Below the pieces are notes generated by a model. It worked only from the letters and a program-made list of their open reading frames with translations. It was not told the origin of the DNA and searched no databases. Source: an uncultured Gemmatimonadaceae bacterium (GTDB taxonomy: Bacteria; Gemmatimonadota; Gemmatimonadetes; Gemmatimonadales; Gemmatimonadaceae). From it: DNA of 64,000 nt. Positions 10,890-21,409 of this stretch are shown piece after piece. The stretch spans positions 38,786 through 102,785 of the forward strand of contig CAWHHI010000018.1 of NCBI GenBank assembly GCA_963829055.1, written 5' to 3'. Numbering within the stretch: position 1 is the stretch's first letter; every line of letters begins with the position of its first letter. The translations under genes and the position numbers were made by a program.

Positions 10890-11303
10890 ATGGCGACCGA
10901 CGCGATCGATCGCGCATTCCTCGGTGTCGGGTGGGCGTTCCCACTCGCCGCTGCTGCCGTCGGCGACGTGCAGCTCGCCGCGGCCGAGGAGGACATCCGC
11001 CAGTCGGTGCGGATCATACTCGGCACGGCTCCGGGCGAGCGCGTGATGCGGCCGGACTTTGGGGCGGGTCTGCAGGCACTCGTGTTCGAGCCGATCAGTG
11101 CGACGCTCGTCGCCCTCGTCAAACACCGAGTGGAGGAAGCGCTCATCACCTGGGAGCCGCGCATCGACACGATCACGGTGGACGTCGCCGCTGACGGTCC
11201 GCGCGGGCGACTGCTGATCACGGTCAACTATCGCGTCCGCGCCACGAACACGTTCTACAATCTCGTTTACCCCTTCTACCTGATGGAGGGGCGAGAACCG
11301 TGA
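10890..11303 (+). CDS. GPW/gp25 family baseplate protein
   Basis: FLGVGWAFP...EDIRQSVRIILGTAPGERVMRPDFGAGL...WEPRI...NLVYPFYL. Confidence 0.95.
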   Translation: MATDAIDRAFLGVGWAFPLAAAAVGDVQLAAAEEDIRQSVRIILGTAPGERVMRPDFGAGLQALVFEPISATLVALVKHRVEEALITWEPRIDTITVDVAADGPRGRLLITVNYRVRATNTFYNLVYPFYLMEGREP

Positions 11304-14300
11304 GCGACGTCCCTCTCCCGACGCCGGTGCTCGACCCGCGCGAGCCCGACGCGGTCGCGCAGGAAACCGCGGCTCGTCTCGAGGCCTACGTGCCCGGTCT
11401 CCGCGTCGCTCCGGATGGTGTCGGGGCAGGCACGGCGCTCGTGCAAGCGTACTCGCGTCAGGTAAAGGCGCTCGCCGACCGCATCAATCAGGCGCCGGAC
11501 AAGAACACGCTCGCGTTCTTCGACCTGCTCGGAATCGAACTGCTGCCGGCGCAGGCCGCGCGCGCGCCGGTGGTGTTCACGCCGATGCCGCTCGTCGGCG
11601 ACTCACGAGTGCCAGCGGGAACACGAATCGGCGCGACGGTCCAGGGGCGGCCCGATCCACTCGTGTTCGAGACGGAGCGCGGGATTGCTCTCGCCTCGGC
11701 GAGCCTGGTGCAGGTCGCGACCGTGTGGCCCGGACGCGATGCGTGGGCGGATCACAGCGCCGCTGTCGCGAGCGGGACGCCGTTCACGCTCTTCGAGCCG
11801 CTCGTGCCAGTCGCCCACGAGATGTACCTCGCCCACGATATCTGCTTCGCTCTCGCCGGTCGCAGCGCGGTCGAGGTGCGCGTGGAGCTCGTCACCGCCG
11901 CGAGCCGTCCGCTTCGATTGGCGTGGGAGTACTGGGACGGCGAGCAGTGGCGTGCCTTCAAGCCGTTCGTCGCTGCATCGCTCGCGACCGACGCCGACTC
12001 GCTCGACGGCACGGTTGGCTTGACGAGAAGTGGCATCGTGCGCCTAACGACCGACTGCGGCTCGAGTGCGCGTACGACCGTGCACGCGATCGAGTCGCGG
12101 TGGATCCGCGCGCGTGTCGACGCACCGCTGCTCCCGCCGCCAAACGACGATCTCCCCGAGATCGACCGCCTCACGGCGCGGTCGGTGGTCGACCGCTCGC
12201 TTCCGGCGATGGCATGTGCGCAGTTGCCGGAGGGCGCGGGGATCATCGCCGACCAGGCGTTCGCGGGCGAGACGTCACTCGACCTCACGAAAGCGGTCCA
12301 GCCGTTAGGCATCCTGCCAGTGGCCGGGAGCATCTTTCTCCTGTCCTGTGAGGAGATCTTCGCAAAGCCGGGCGCCGAGGTCACGCTCTGCTTCCACAAG
12401 CTGACGACCCCCGAGGAGGCGACGGATCAGCAGAGCGCCGATCTCGCGCTCGACGTCGACGCCGCCAAGGCGCTGGTCGTGACCGCCGCGCGCGAGTCGG
12501 CCAACGCGCTGCTGGACGCGCACGACGCGCTCGTCGAGCTCACGCGGCCCCCGCTGATTCCGCCGCTCCTCCCGCAGCGACGTCAGGCGGTGGTCGATGC
12601 GCGCAATGCGCTCGCGTCGCAGGGCATTGCGGGCATCGCTGCCCTCGACACCGCGGCGGAGTCGCTCATTCAGCTGCTCAACGCGCTTCCCGTGGGGCTC
12701 GCCACGCCGGCCGGAACGATCTGGGATTTCATCTCCAACCCGGGGATTCTCGCCGGGCTCGACATCCTGAACAGCTTCACATCGTTCAGGAATCTGAACC
12801 AGCAGCGCATCACCACGGCGGGCGGTCAGATCAAGTCGAGCGCTCAGAATAGCGAGGACGCGCTCGAATGCGCTGGAGGACCTAACGCCATTCAGCGCCG
12901 CGATGGCGGCCGGCGCCACGCTTCCCACCATGTCGGCGCCGGTCGTGACGTGGGAGTACTGGAACGGCAAGCGGTGGCGCGGCCTGGCGGTCACCGGAAC
13001 GGCGGCTGCGCGCACGTTCCGGGGCGACGGCCCGATCACGTTCACGGTGCCCGACGACATGGAGCGTGTGAAGGCCTCCGGCGTAGAGGCGAAGTGGATT
13101 CGCGCCCGTCTCGTGAGCGGCGGCTACGGCATCGTGCGCACGGTGACGTGGAAGGACGCCGACTCGGGCAAGACGAATGCGATCCCCGTCATCTCGCACC
13201 GGCCGCCGACGCTCGAAGCGGTGCGCTTAGGATACCGGTGGCGCAGCGCCGAAACGGCGATCGAGCACGTCATCACACGCAACGACTTCATCGAGGCCGA
13301 CGAGACGGAGCGGGCCCGATTCCGCGCCGACGCCTTCGCACCATTCGTCGTGGTCGCCGACCCTTCGCCGGCGCTCTACCTGGGATTCGACAAGCCGCTG
13401 CCCGCCGACCTCATCGGCCTCTGGCTCGACATCGAGGAGCGACTTGGCGAGACGAAGGGCCCGGCGCTCGAGTGGGAGTCGTTCGACGGCAGTGACTGGC
13501 GCCCAATGCGCGTCGAGGATGACACGCACGCGCTCGCGCTGCCCGGCGTGGTGGCCGCGCTCTCGTCAGGCAACGCGATGCCCTTCGCGCGCTTCGGCCA
13601 GCCGCGCGTGTGGATCCGCGCTCGGCTCGCTCACGATGGATCGCCCCGCAAGAGCCGCGTGCGCGCAATGCATCTGAACGCCGTGTGGGCCGCGCAGCTC
13701 ACCACGAACGAGAACGAGGTGCTGGGCTCGAGCAACGGCCAGTCCGGTCAGGTGTTCTTTGCTCGGCAGTTACCAGTCCTGGAAGGCGAGGTGCTCGAGG
13801 TGCGGGAGCTCGCGGGCGCACGCGCGCATGTGGAGGAGCCCATCCTCCGTGCCGAGCTCGCGCGCGCCGGAATAGCGGAGAGCGACATTCGTGTCGTACA
13901 GGATCCGCGCACCGGACGCACGGCAGAGCTGTGGGTGCGGTGGCGTCCGCGGGCGAACCTGCTGTTCGCCGACCCGGGAGCACGCGAGTACGCGGTGGAG
14001 CGGACGCGCGGCCGCGTCCTGTTCGGCGGCGGCGCACACGGGCTCGTCCCACCCGCGGGCCGGGACAACATCCGTCTGCGCCAGTATCGGTCTGGCGGTG
14101 GCATGATCGGGAATGTGTCACGCGGCGCCGTCACGCAACTGCTCGCGGGCGTCCTCGCGCAGAGCGTCACCAATCCGCGGGCCGCCGAAGGCGGGGCGGA
14201 CGGTGAGTCGCTAGCGCGCGTTAGGCGCCGAGCGCCGCGAATGATCCGGCATAGGCGGCAGGCGATCTCGTTCGGGGATTATGAGGCGCTGGCACTCGAA

Positions 14301-14834
14301 GCGTCGCCGGCCGTCGCCGTCGCGCGTGCGCTGCCAACGACGCACCCCAGTGGCCGATTCGCCCCGGGCTACGTGACGGTGCGCATCGTGCCGCAGAGCA
14401 CCGACGTCCGGCCAATGCCGTCGTTCGAGTTGCGCGAGCAGGTGCGCCGCTTCATCGCTGCGCGCGCGCCGGCCGCGATCTCGCATCGCATCGCGGTCAT
14501 CCCGCCGGTGTACCTGCCGGTGACGGTGGAGGCGGTGGTGAACCCCGCGAACCTGAGCGGCGCTGGAGACGTGCTCGCGCGCGTCGGGCAGGCACTGGCC
14601 ACGTTCCTTCATCCGCTCACGGGCGGCCCGTGGGGACTGGGGTGGCCGTTCGGTCGCGACGTGTACCTCTCCGACGTCGCGGCACTCCTCGAGTCGCTCG
14701 ACGGCGTCGACTACATCGAGACGCTGGCCCTCCTCGTGGACGGCAAGCACATGGGCGAGCGCGTGGACGTGCCGACGGATCGGCTGGTGGTCGCCGGCCC
14801 GCAGCGCATCACGCTCTCCGGCCGTGTGAGGTGA
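11300..14834 (+). CDS. Baseplate J-like (gp6/gp47) wedge protein 1, frameshift near 12870
   Basis: RINQAPDKNTLAFFDLLGIELLPAQAARAPVVF, LGSSNGQSGQVF, YRSGGGMIGNV, NPRAAEGGADGES, DYEALALEA, FLHPLTGGPWGLGWPFGRDVY. Confidence 0.9.
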
Positions 14835-14838
14835 CGCG

Positions 14839-17210
14839 ATGCCACTGCCACTTCCCACGCTCGACACGCGCCGGTGGGCTGACCTCGTGGACGAAGGCCG
14901 GGCGGTCATCCCGCGTTACGCGCCGGAGTGGACCGACCACAACGTTCATGATCCGGGAATCACGCTGCTCGAGCTGTTCGCCTGGCTCACGGAGCAGCTC
15001 ATCTATCGCGCGAACCGCGTTCCCGAGCGACACCTCCGCAAATTCCTCGCGCTCGCCGGCTTCGTGCCCGAGCCGCCGCTTCCGGCGCGCGCCGTCATTG
15101 CTGTGCAGCCCGCGGGCGGAACGGGATCACTCACGATTCCCCAGGGCACTCCGTTCACGACTGCGGCCGAGGATGGGCGCGTGATCTGGTTTCGCACCAC
15201 CGAACCACTCACGGCCGTCGATTCACAGCTCGTCGCCGTGCAGACGTGGGATGGCACCCGGTTCATCGACCGGAGTCTCGGCCTTCGTGACCGCGCGAAC
15301 ATCCCGCTCCTGGGGCTCGACCCGCGTACGCCAGTGCCGTACGATCCGGATCGCGCGCCTGCGTGCTATTTCGGTTTCGATCGCACGCTCCCAGTGGCGA
15401 CGCGAGTCACGCTCTGGTTCCAGTTCGCCGGCGCCATGCGGGACGAACGCGAGCGGATCGAGCGCGAGGCCGTGGATTCAGCGTTAGGCTGCGCGCGCCC
15501 GCCGAAGAAATGTCGGGGCGCCGACGCGGAGCCAGACGCGCGGCACGGACGCTGGGGCTGCGTCGCGCCACCACCACTCGGCGCGGACGGTCTGGGAGTA
15601 TCTCACGTCCACTGGGTGGCAGCGGCTCGACGCGGATGCCGGCGAGATCGACGACCGAACCCGCGCGCTCACGCTCAATGGGCCCGTGTACCTTCGTCTC
15701 CCGACGACGATGGCGCAGCAACAGATCGGTGCAGTAGGCTCGCCGCTGTTCTGGATCCGCTGTCGCCTCGTCCGCGGTGCGTTCGACGCGACGCCAATGC
15801 TGGTGGACGCGACCTTCAACGGCGCGCCGGCCGAACAGGCGCGTCAGGCCTGGCGGCGGCTGACGATCGCGGCGGGAGTCGTGGTGTCGGGGACTATCAC
15901 GGTCGGCCAACCGGCTCGGATCACCGTACGCATAGACGACCGCGGTGTCGTGCAAACGACTCGCGGTCGAGCCGCCGACGTCCTCGGCTCCCGAGCTGCT
16001 GGTGCTCGACTACGTTGCACCCACCGCCTCGACGGCAGGATCGATCGCGCTGCCGCTCGTCCCGTTAGGCATCGGCACCGGCCTTCCCGAGCAGCACCCT
16101 GTTCTGGAAAACGCGCCGGTGTCACGCGGCGAGGCGTCGGTCTTCTCACTCGAGAACGCTGCTGGCTCGATCGCGTGGCGGCCGTGGGAGGTACGGCGCG
16201 ATCTCGACGCGTCGGGGGAGCTGGACGCGCACGTCTCGCTCGACGCTGCGACTGGCACGCTGCGCTTCGGCAATGGCGTACGCGGTCGCACTCCTCCCGA
16301 CGGCGCACCGCTCGTCGCCACGTACCGCACGACGCTCGGAGCGAACGGCAACGTCGTGGGCGGCCGTGCCTGGCAGCTCGCCAATGACGTCTTCGCACGC
16401 GCTGTGCTTGGCGTCGGCTACGCCGCGGCGTCTCAGGCGACTGCGGCCTCACGCGGTGGGGCACGTTTTGGCGCGGACGCCGAGGATGTAGGACACGCGG
16501 CGGCGCGAGCGGCGGCTTTCCTGTGGGCCCACGAGCGGCTCGTGGATCTCTGTCCGTCCGACGAGTGCGACACGCTCGACCAACTCGACCGCGACGTCGT
16601 GCTCTCGCGACCGGCGCCGTCGCGGGCCACGACCGCGCTCGACGTCGAGCGGATCGCCGTGGACGTGGCAGGGACACGCGTGAGGCGCGCCCGTGCGTGG
16701 CCGGGTCTCGACGCCACCGATCCGTGCCTGGAAGCACCAGGCACGATCACACTCATCATCGTCCCGGAGCTTCCCCTCGCACGCCCGATGCCGAGCGCGG
16801 GGCTCATCCGCGTGGTGCGCCGGTGGCTCGACCGCCGCCGGGTCCTCTGCACGCGACTCGTTGTCGTCGGGCCCACCTATCTCGACGTCGGCGTGACAGC
16901 GACGGTGCGTGCCCTTCCGTCGGCGGACCCGACGCGCGTGCAGCGCGCCGTGATCACTGCGCTCACGGCGTTCCTCGACCCGCTGACCGGCGGACCGGCT
17001 GGACGCGGATGGCCGTTCGGGCGCGACGTGTACCGGAGCGAGATCTTGCAGACGATCGACGCCGTCCCCGGCGTGGATCACGTATTGAGCATGTCGTTAG
17101 GCGCTCACGCCGGGGACACCGTACGCGCATCCACGTGCGACAACCTCTGCGTCCCACCGACGTGGCTCGTCGCGTCGGCGACACACACTGTTCAGGTGCT
17201 CCGCGCATGA
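14839..17210 (+). CDS. Baseplate J-like wedge protein 2, frameshifts near 15540 and 15960
   Basis: MPLPLPTLDTRRWADLVDEGRAVIPRYAPEWTDHNVHDPGITLLELFAWL, LRFGNGVRGRTPP, FLDPLTGGPAGRGWPFGRDVYRSE. Confidence 0.9.
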
Positions 17211-18199
17211 CGCGCCCGCCGCGTCCACCTCAGCGGGTAGCCTGGTTCGATGGCGCGCCTCTGCGCCGCCGCGACCTTGGCGACGCGATCGCGCACGAGG
17301 CGCGGATGCTCGGCCTGCACGTGAGCGCCACGCATCGCACGTGGGGAGTGGCGCTCGGCTACACCATCGCCCTCGGCGACGACCGTCGACAGATCGTCGT
17401 CGGGCCAGGCCTCGCGTACACCTGTCGTGGCGAGGCACTCACGCTCGCGCAGGGGGTGCGGCTCAATGCTCCACCCTCAGCACCGGGTGTTACCGGGCCG
17501 CAGGCGTTCGACCTCGTCGTGGCGGCGGCTCCACGCGGCGAGGCCCGGCCATGCGAGCGCGTCTTCGCGTGCGACGGGCGGGACCCCGTTAGGCGCGTTG
17601 GCCTTCGATGGGAGTTCGCTGGGCAAGTCGGTTCTGGTGCGCTCGAGCCGCCGCTCGCCGCGGGGGTGCGTATTGGCGAGGACGTTCCGCTCGCCCGGTT
17701 CTTCCGGTTCGCCGACGGACTGCTCGGAAGACCTGACTACGCCATACGACGCATCGCGCGAGGACTCACTCGCCCGCACGTGGCGTTCGGCGTCACCGGT
17801 TCTGGTGCGCTCACCTGGCAGGTGCAGGGGCATCGCCTCGTCGCGACCGTCGACACGAGCGAGCACGGGTTCACGACGATTCCGCGCTACTTCGTGTCGC
17901 TCGCCAAGTCGCCACTCATCAGTGGCAGCGTCGTCGGCGCGTTCCTGCAGCTCGAGGTCGCCAGCGCGACGTGGTTCAAGGTCGGCCTCGCGTTCGCCGC
18001 GCGCCCGCAGAACGCACCGACTGCCGCCGCGCTGCTCGCCAGCAGCAATGCCGCCAGCGTTATGTGGGTTGGCGTCGAGACGGCGCGCGGATGTCCGCCC
18101 AGCCTGGTCGGCGGACAGATCACTACGATTGCCGGCGCGGTGATCGACCCCGCGCCGTGGCTCACGTCGCTCGCGCTGCTCGGAGTGCTCGACCCATGA
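17207..18199 (+). CDS. eCIS fibre-like paralogue A
   Basis: N-terminal motif RVAWFDGAPL..RDL...HRTWGVALG...VVGPGLAYTCRGEAL, shared with three downstream genes. ATGA coupling. Confidence 0.65.
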   Translation: MTRPPRPPQRVAWFDGAPLRRRDLGDAIAHEARMLGLHVSATHRTWGVALGYTIALGDDRRQIVVGPGLAYTCRGEALTLAQGVRLNAPPSAPGVTGPQAFDLVVAAAPRGEARPCERVFACDGRDPVRRVGLRWEFAGQVGSGALEPPLAAGVRIGEDVPLARFFRFADGLLGRPDYAIRRIARGLTRPHVAFGVTGSGALTWQVQGHRLVATVDTSEHGFTTIPRYFVSLAKSPLISGSVVGAFLQLEVASATWFKVGLAFAARPQNAPTAAALLASSNAASVMWVGVETARGCPPSLVGGQITTIAGAVIDPAPWLTSLALLGVLDP

Positions 18200-19128
18200 C
18201 GACACCGCTCGGCATCCCTGATCTCACGCGGCCCGACTTCTTCGACGGGCAACTGCTCGACGCGGAGGACCTATCGAGCATCTACGATTTCCACCGGTCG
18301 CTTCGCTGGCTTCACAACCGCGCGCTTCACGACTGGGGAATCGCCGCCGGGTTCGGGGTGACCGGCGAGAAGCGGAAAGCGGCAATCGTCGTCGCTCCGG
18401 GATACGGCATCGACTGCGCGGGGCGCGACATCGTGTTGGCAGAGCAGACCACCCTCATGGTTCCCGCGGTGGCGGGGGCTCCGACCGGCGGTCCCGTCCA
18501 GTACTTCCTCACGGCGTCGTGGCAAGCCGACGACGCGATCGCACCGGCCGAGACGCGGAGCGGTGTATGCGTGCCGGGCGGTGCCGTTAGGCGTCCCGAC
18601 CAGCCGCTGCTCCGCTTCCAGAATCCGCGAGACCCGAGCGCGGGCGCGGACCGGTTTCGCCGCGGGTTCGACATCGTGCTGGCGTCGGTGCTCGTGGAGG
18701 ATTGCTCCCTCGCCGCCGTCCCGTCGCTTGCCGAGCGTCGCGACGCGCATCCGGCGTCGCAACCGTATGTCTACGCGGCGAGCACCTCATCCCTCGAGAC
18801 CGGCTGGCGTTTCTTTCCGGCTGTCGGTGCGCCGCAGGGTGTGGAGACCGTCGTCGACACCTCGGCGGCGGGGTTCGTCAAATCGCCCACGTACACCGCG
18901 CAAGTGATCGGCAACCGCGCGCTCGCGGCGAACGGGCCCATTGTCGACGGGTTCGTGTCTATTGTGCAGCCGACGGCGACGAGCTTCACGCTGCGACTTC
19001 TGCTTCCGCGGAATCTCGTAATGGGGAACCTGCCACTCAATCCTGATGCGATCTTCGTCCCCGCGACGCTGGCCGCGCTTCAGAAGACGCTCGGCTGGAG
19101 CGTGGCGTGGATGGGGATCGAGGGGTAG
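18196..19128 (+). CDS. eCIS fibre-like paralogue B
   Basis: RPDFFDGQLLDAEDL...LHNRALHDWGIAAG...VVAPGYGIDCAGRDIVL. C-terminal VDTSAAGFVKSPTY matches VDTSEHGFTTIPRY in paralogue A. Confidence 0.7.
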   Translation: MTTPLGIPDLTRPDFFDGQLLDAEDLSSIYDFHRSLRWLHNRALHDWGIAAGFGVTGEKRKAAIVVAPGYGIDCAGRDIVLAEQTTLMVPAVAGAPTGGPVQYFLTASWQADDAIAPAETRSGVCVPGGAVRRPDQPLLRFQNPRDPSAGADRFRRGFDIVLASVLVEDCSLAAVPSLAERRDAHPASQPYVYAASTSSLETGWRFFPAVGAPQGVETVVDTSAAGFVKSPTYTAQVIGNRALAANGPIVDGFVSIVQPTATSFTLRLLLPRNLVMGNLPLNPDAIFVPATLAALQKTLGWSVAWMGIEG

Positions 19129-19133
19129 GCGCG

Positions 19134-21365
19134 ATGACCCACATGCCCACGTACCGGTATCTGCGGCTGGAGCGCGACTGGCCTACGCTCGAGGGAGTGG
19201 GCGTCGAGGTCGGGGACGACGGGGCGGTGACTCTCGCCCGGCTCCCGGCGCTCGCGGAGCCGTTAGGCGATCCGCTGCCACCGCTGCCGGGTCTCGACGG
19301 GCCTGCCGGCATCGGAGTTCACCCGTGCGGTGACGTGTACGTATCCGACCTCGTTCGGCACCGCGTGATCCGCATCGACGCGTGCGACGACTCGGCCACG
19401 CCACTGCCGTGCCTAACGGGTCCGGGGAGCGAGCCGGGACAGCTGCTCGCCCCGCGCGGGCTCCTCGTCGGGCCGCATGACGCGCTCTACATCGCGGACA
19501 GCGGCAATCGGCGCGTCGTGATCGTGGACCTCGCAACCGGGCAGCTGAGGGGAATCTGGGGTGGCGAGGAAGATCCTGTGCACGCGTTCGTGCAGCCGTG
19601 GGACCTCGCCGCCGATTCTCGCGGCGCAATCTACGTCGCTGACCCGGGAGCGATGAATCCCGATGGCCAGTGGGCTGGCGGACGCCTCTGGAAGCTCGAC
19701 GTCAGTGGCCGCGTTGACGGCGCGTTCGACGCGCGGCTGCGCGCACAGCCCGAGGTGCCGGGAGCGCCCGCGAGCGTCGCGATCGCGTTGCTCGACGCGC
19801 GCGATGCATCCAGCGAGCGGCTCATCGTGCTCGACCGACGGCCGCCGCGGCTCCTGGCGTACATGCTGGACGGCACGCTCGACACCGAGACGACGCTGCA
19901 ATGGTCGCGCGCGCTCGGTGGGGACACGCGGCCGACATCCGTCGCGCTGACGTCAGGCACACTCTACGTCTCGGATGCGGCCGGCCGCCGCGTGCTCGTC
20001 TTCGGCGTCGACGGCGCGTTCCGTGGCGTGGCTCGCACCCCTAACGCGAACAGCCTCGGCCTGGGCGTCGACTGCCGAGGGCGACTCATCGTTCATCCCG
20101 GGAGCGGCAATGCGGTCCGCCGCGCTCTGGGGCTCCCAGTGTTCGCCGAGTGCGGCACGCTGCTGCTCGGACCGTACGAGGCGGGGAGCGAGCCGACGCG
20201 GTGGCAGCGGCTTCAGCTCATCGCGGAGCCCATTCCCGAAGGCGCGCATCTGCGCCTGTTCACGTTGACGAGCGACACGCTCGACGGGACAGCTGGCCGG
20301 CGTCCCGTCATGCCGGTCGTGTGCGATGGGACGACGGGACCCTCGTTGGTAGCGGAAAGCGAGTGGCCGCCCGCACCTCGCGACCAATGGCGTGCCGCGC
20401 CGCGGGATGCGACCGACGTGCTCGCGCTCAACGCGCCTGCTCGGTTCCTGTGGATCGCCGCCCAGCTCCAGAGCGACGGGAACGCTACGCCAGCGCTTCG
20501 ACAGCTCCGTCTCACGCACGATGAAGACGGGTGGATTCAGTTCCTTCCCGCGCTCTACCGGCGGGACGAGACGAGCCGCGTGTTCCTCGAGCGTGCGCTC
20601 GCCGCGTTCGAGAGCGTGCTCAATGAGGATGAGTCGCTGATCGACGCTCTGCCGCGGCACTTCGACGCGTTCGCCGTGCCGGACGTGGGTGACCGGCCGA
20701 CGTGGCTCGACTGGCTCGCCGACTGGGTAGACGCAGGGCTCAGTGAGACGTGGAACGACGCGACGCGGCGCCAGGTTACCGCCGACGCGTTTCGGATGCA
20801 CGCACGTCGCGGAACGATCGAGAGTCTGCGCCGCCTCGTGCGACTCTACACCGGCGCGACGCCGTTCATCGAGGAGAGCTTCGTCCCCGGTCTCTGGTCG
20901 CTCGGTGCCAGCGGGCGTCTGGGCGTCAGCACGATGCTCGCCGACGCGAGCCCCGATGGGGCGGTGCTCGGCGCCACCGCACGTGTGAATCGGTCGAGCC
21001 TCATCCACGAGGAGGACCGGGGCGCGCCGGTGTTCGACGAGCGGGCGCACCGCTTCACTGTGCGCGTCTACGCCGCGGAGCTCTCGGGCACTGACGGGCT
21101 GGATCGCGTGCGCGGAGTGATTGATCGGGAGAAACCCGCTCACACCACGTACCACCTGTGCGCGATCGAGGCCAGGGCGCGCGCGGGTGCTCAGGCGCGG
21201 CTCGGAATCGACGCCATCGTCGCCGGTCCGCCGCTCGCGTCGTCGTTAGGCGGAAGCGCCCGGCTCGGCAACGACATGGCCCTCGGGGACACACCGGGCG
21301 GCAAGCACGTGGGGAGTGCGTTGGGGAAGGGAGCCCGTGTTGGGATCCAGGCTACGGTGAGATGA
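19134..21365 (+). CDS. NHL-repeat beta-propeller fused to phage tail protein I (P2 gpI-like) domain
   Basis: NHL repeats LDGPAGIGV..GDVYVSD, LLAPRGLLV..LYIADSGNRRV, FVQPWDLAADSRGAIYVAD. Tail-I motifs FLPALYR..FLERALAAFE, LDWLADWV, RRGT, VIDREKPAHT. Confidence 0.85.
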   Translation: MTHMPTYRYLRLERDWPTLEGVGVEVGDDGAVTLARLPALAEPLGDPLPPLPGLDGPAGIGVHPCGDVYVSDLVRHRVIRIDACDDSATPLPCLTGPGSEPGQLLAPRGLLVGPHDALYIADSGNRRVVIVDLATGQLRGIWGGEEDPVHAFVQPWDLAADSRGAIYVADPGAMNPDGQWAGGRLWKLDVSGRVDGAFDARLRAQPEVPGAPASVAIALLDARDASSERLIVLDRRPPRLLAYMLDGTLDTETTLQWSRALGGDTRPTSVALTSGTLYVSDAAGRRVLVFGVDGAFRGVARTPNANSLGLGVDCRGRLIVHPGSGNAVRRALGLPVFAECGTLLLGPYEAGSEPTRWQRLQLIAEPIPEGAHLRLFTLTSDTLDGTAGRRPVMPVVCDGTTGPSLVAESEWPPAPRDQWRAAPRDATDVLALNAPARFLWIAAQLQSDGNATPALRQLRLTHDEDGWIQFLPALYRRDETSRVFLERALAAFESVLNEDESLIDALPRHFDAFAVPDVGDRPTWLDWLADWVDAGLSETWNDATRRQVTADAFRMHARRGTIESLRRLVRLYTGATPFIEESFVPGLWSLGASGRLGVSTMLADASPDGAVLGATARVNRSSLIHEEDRGAPVFDERAHRFTVRVYAAELSGTDGLDRVRGVIDREKPAHTTYHLCAIEARARAGAQARLGIDAIVAGPPLASSLGGSARLGNDMALGDTPGGKHVGSALGKGARVGIQATVR

Positions 21366-21409
21366 GGGACGCGGCGCGCGGCCGCGAAACGCCAAGGACC
21401 GAGGGACTG

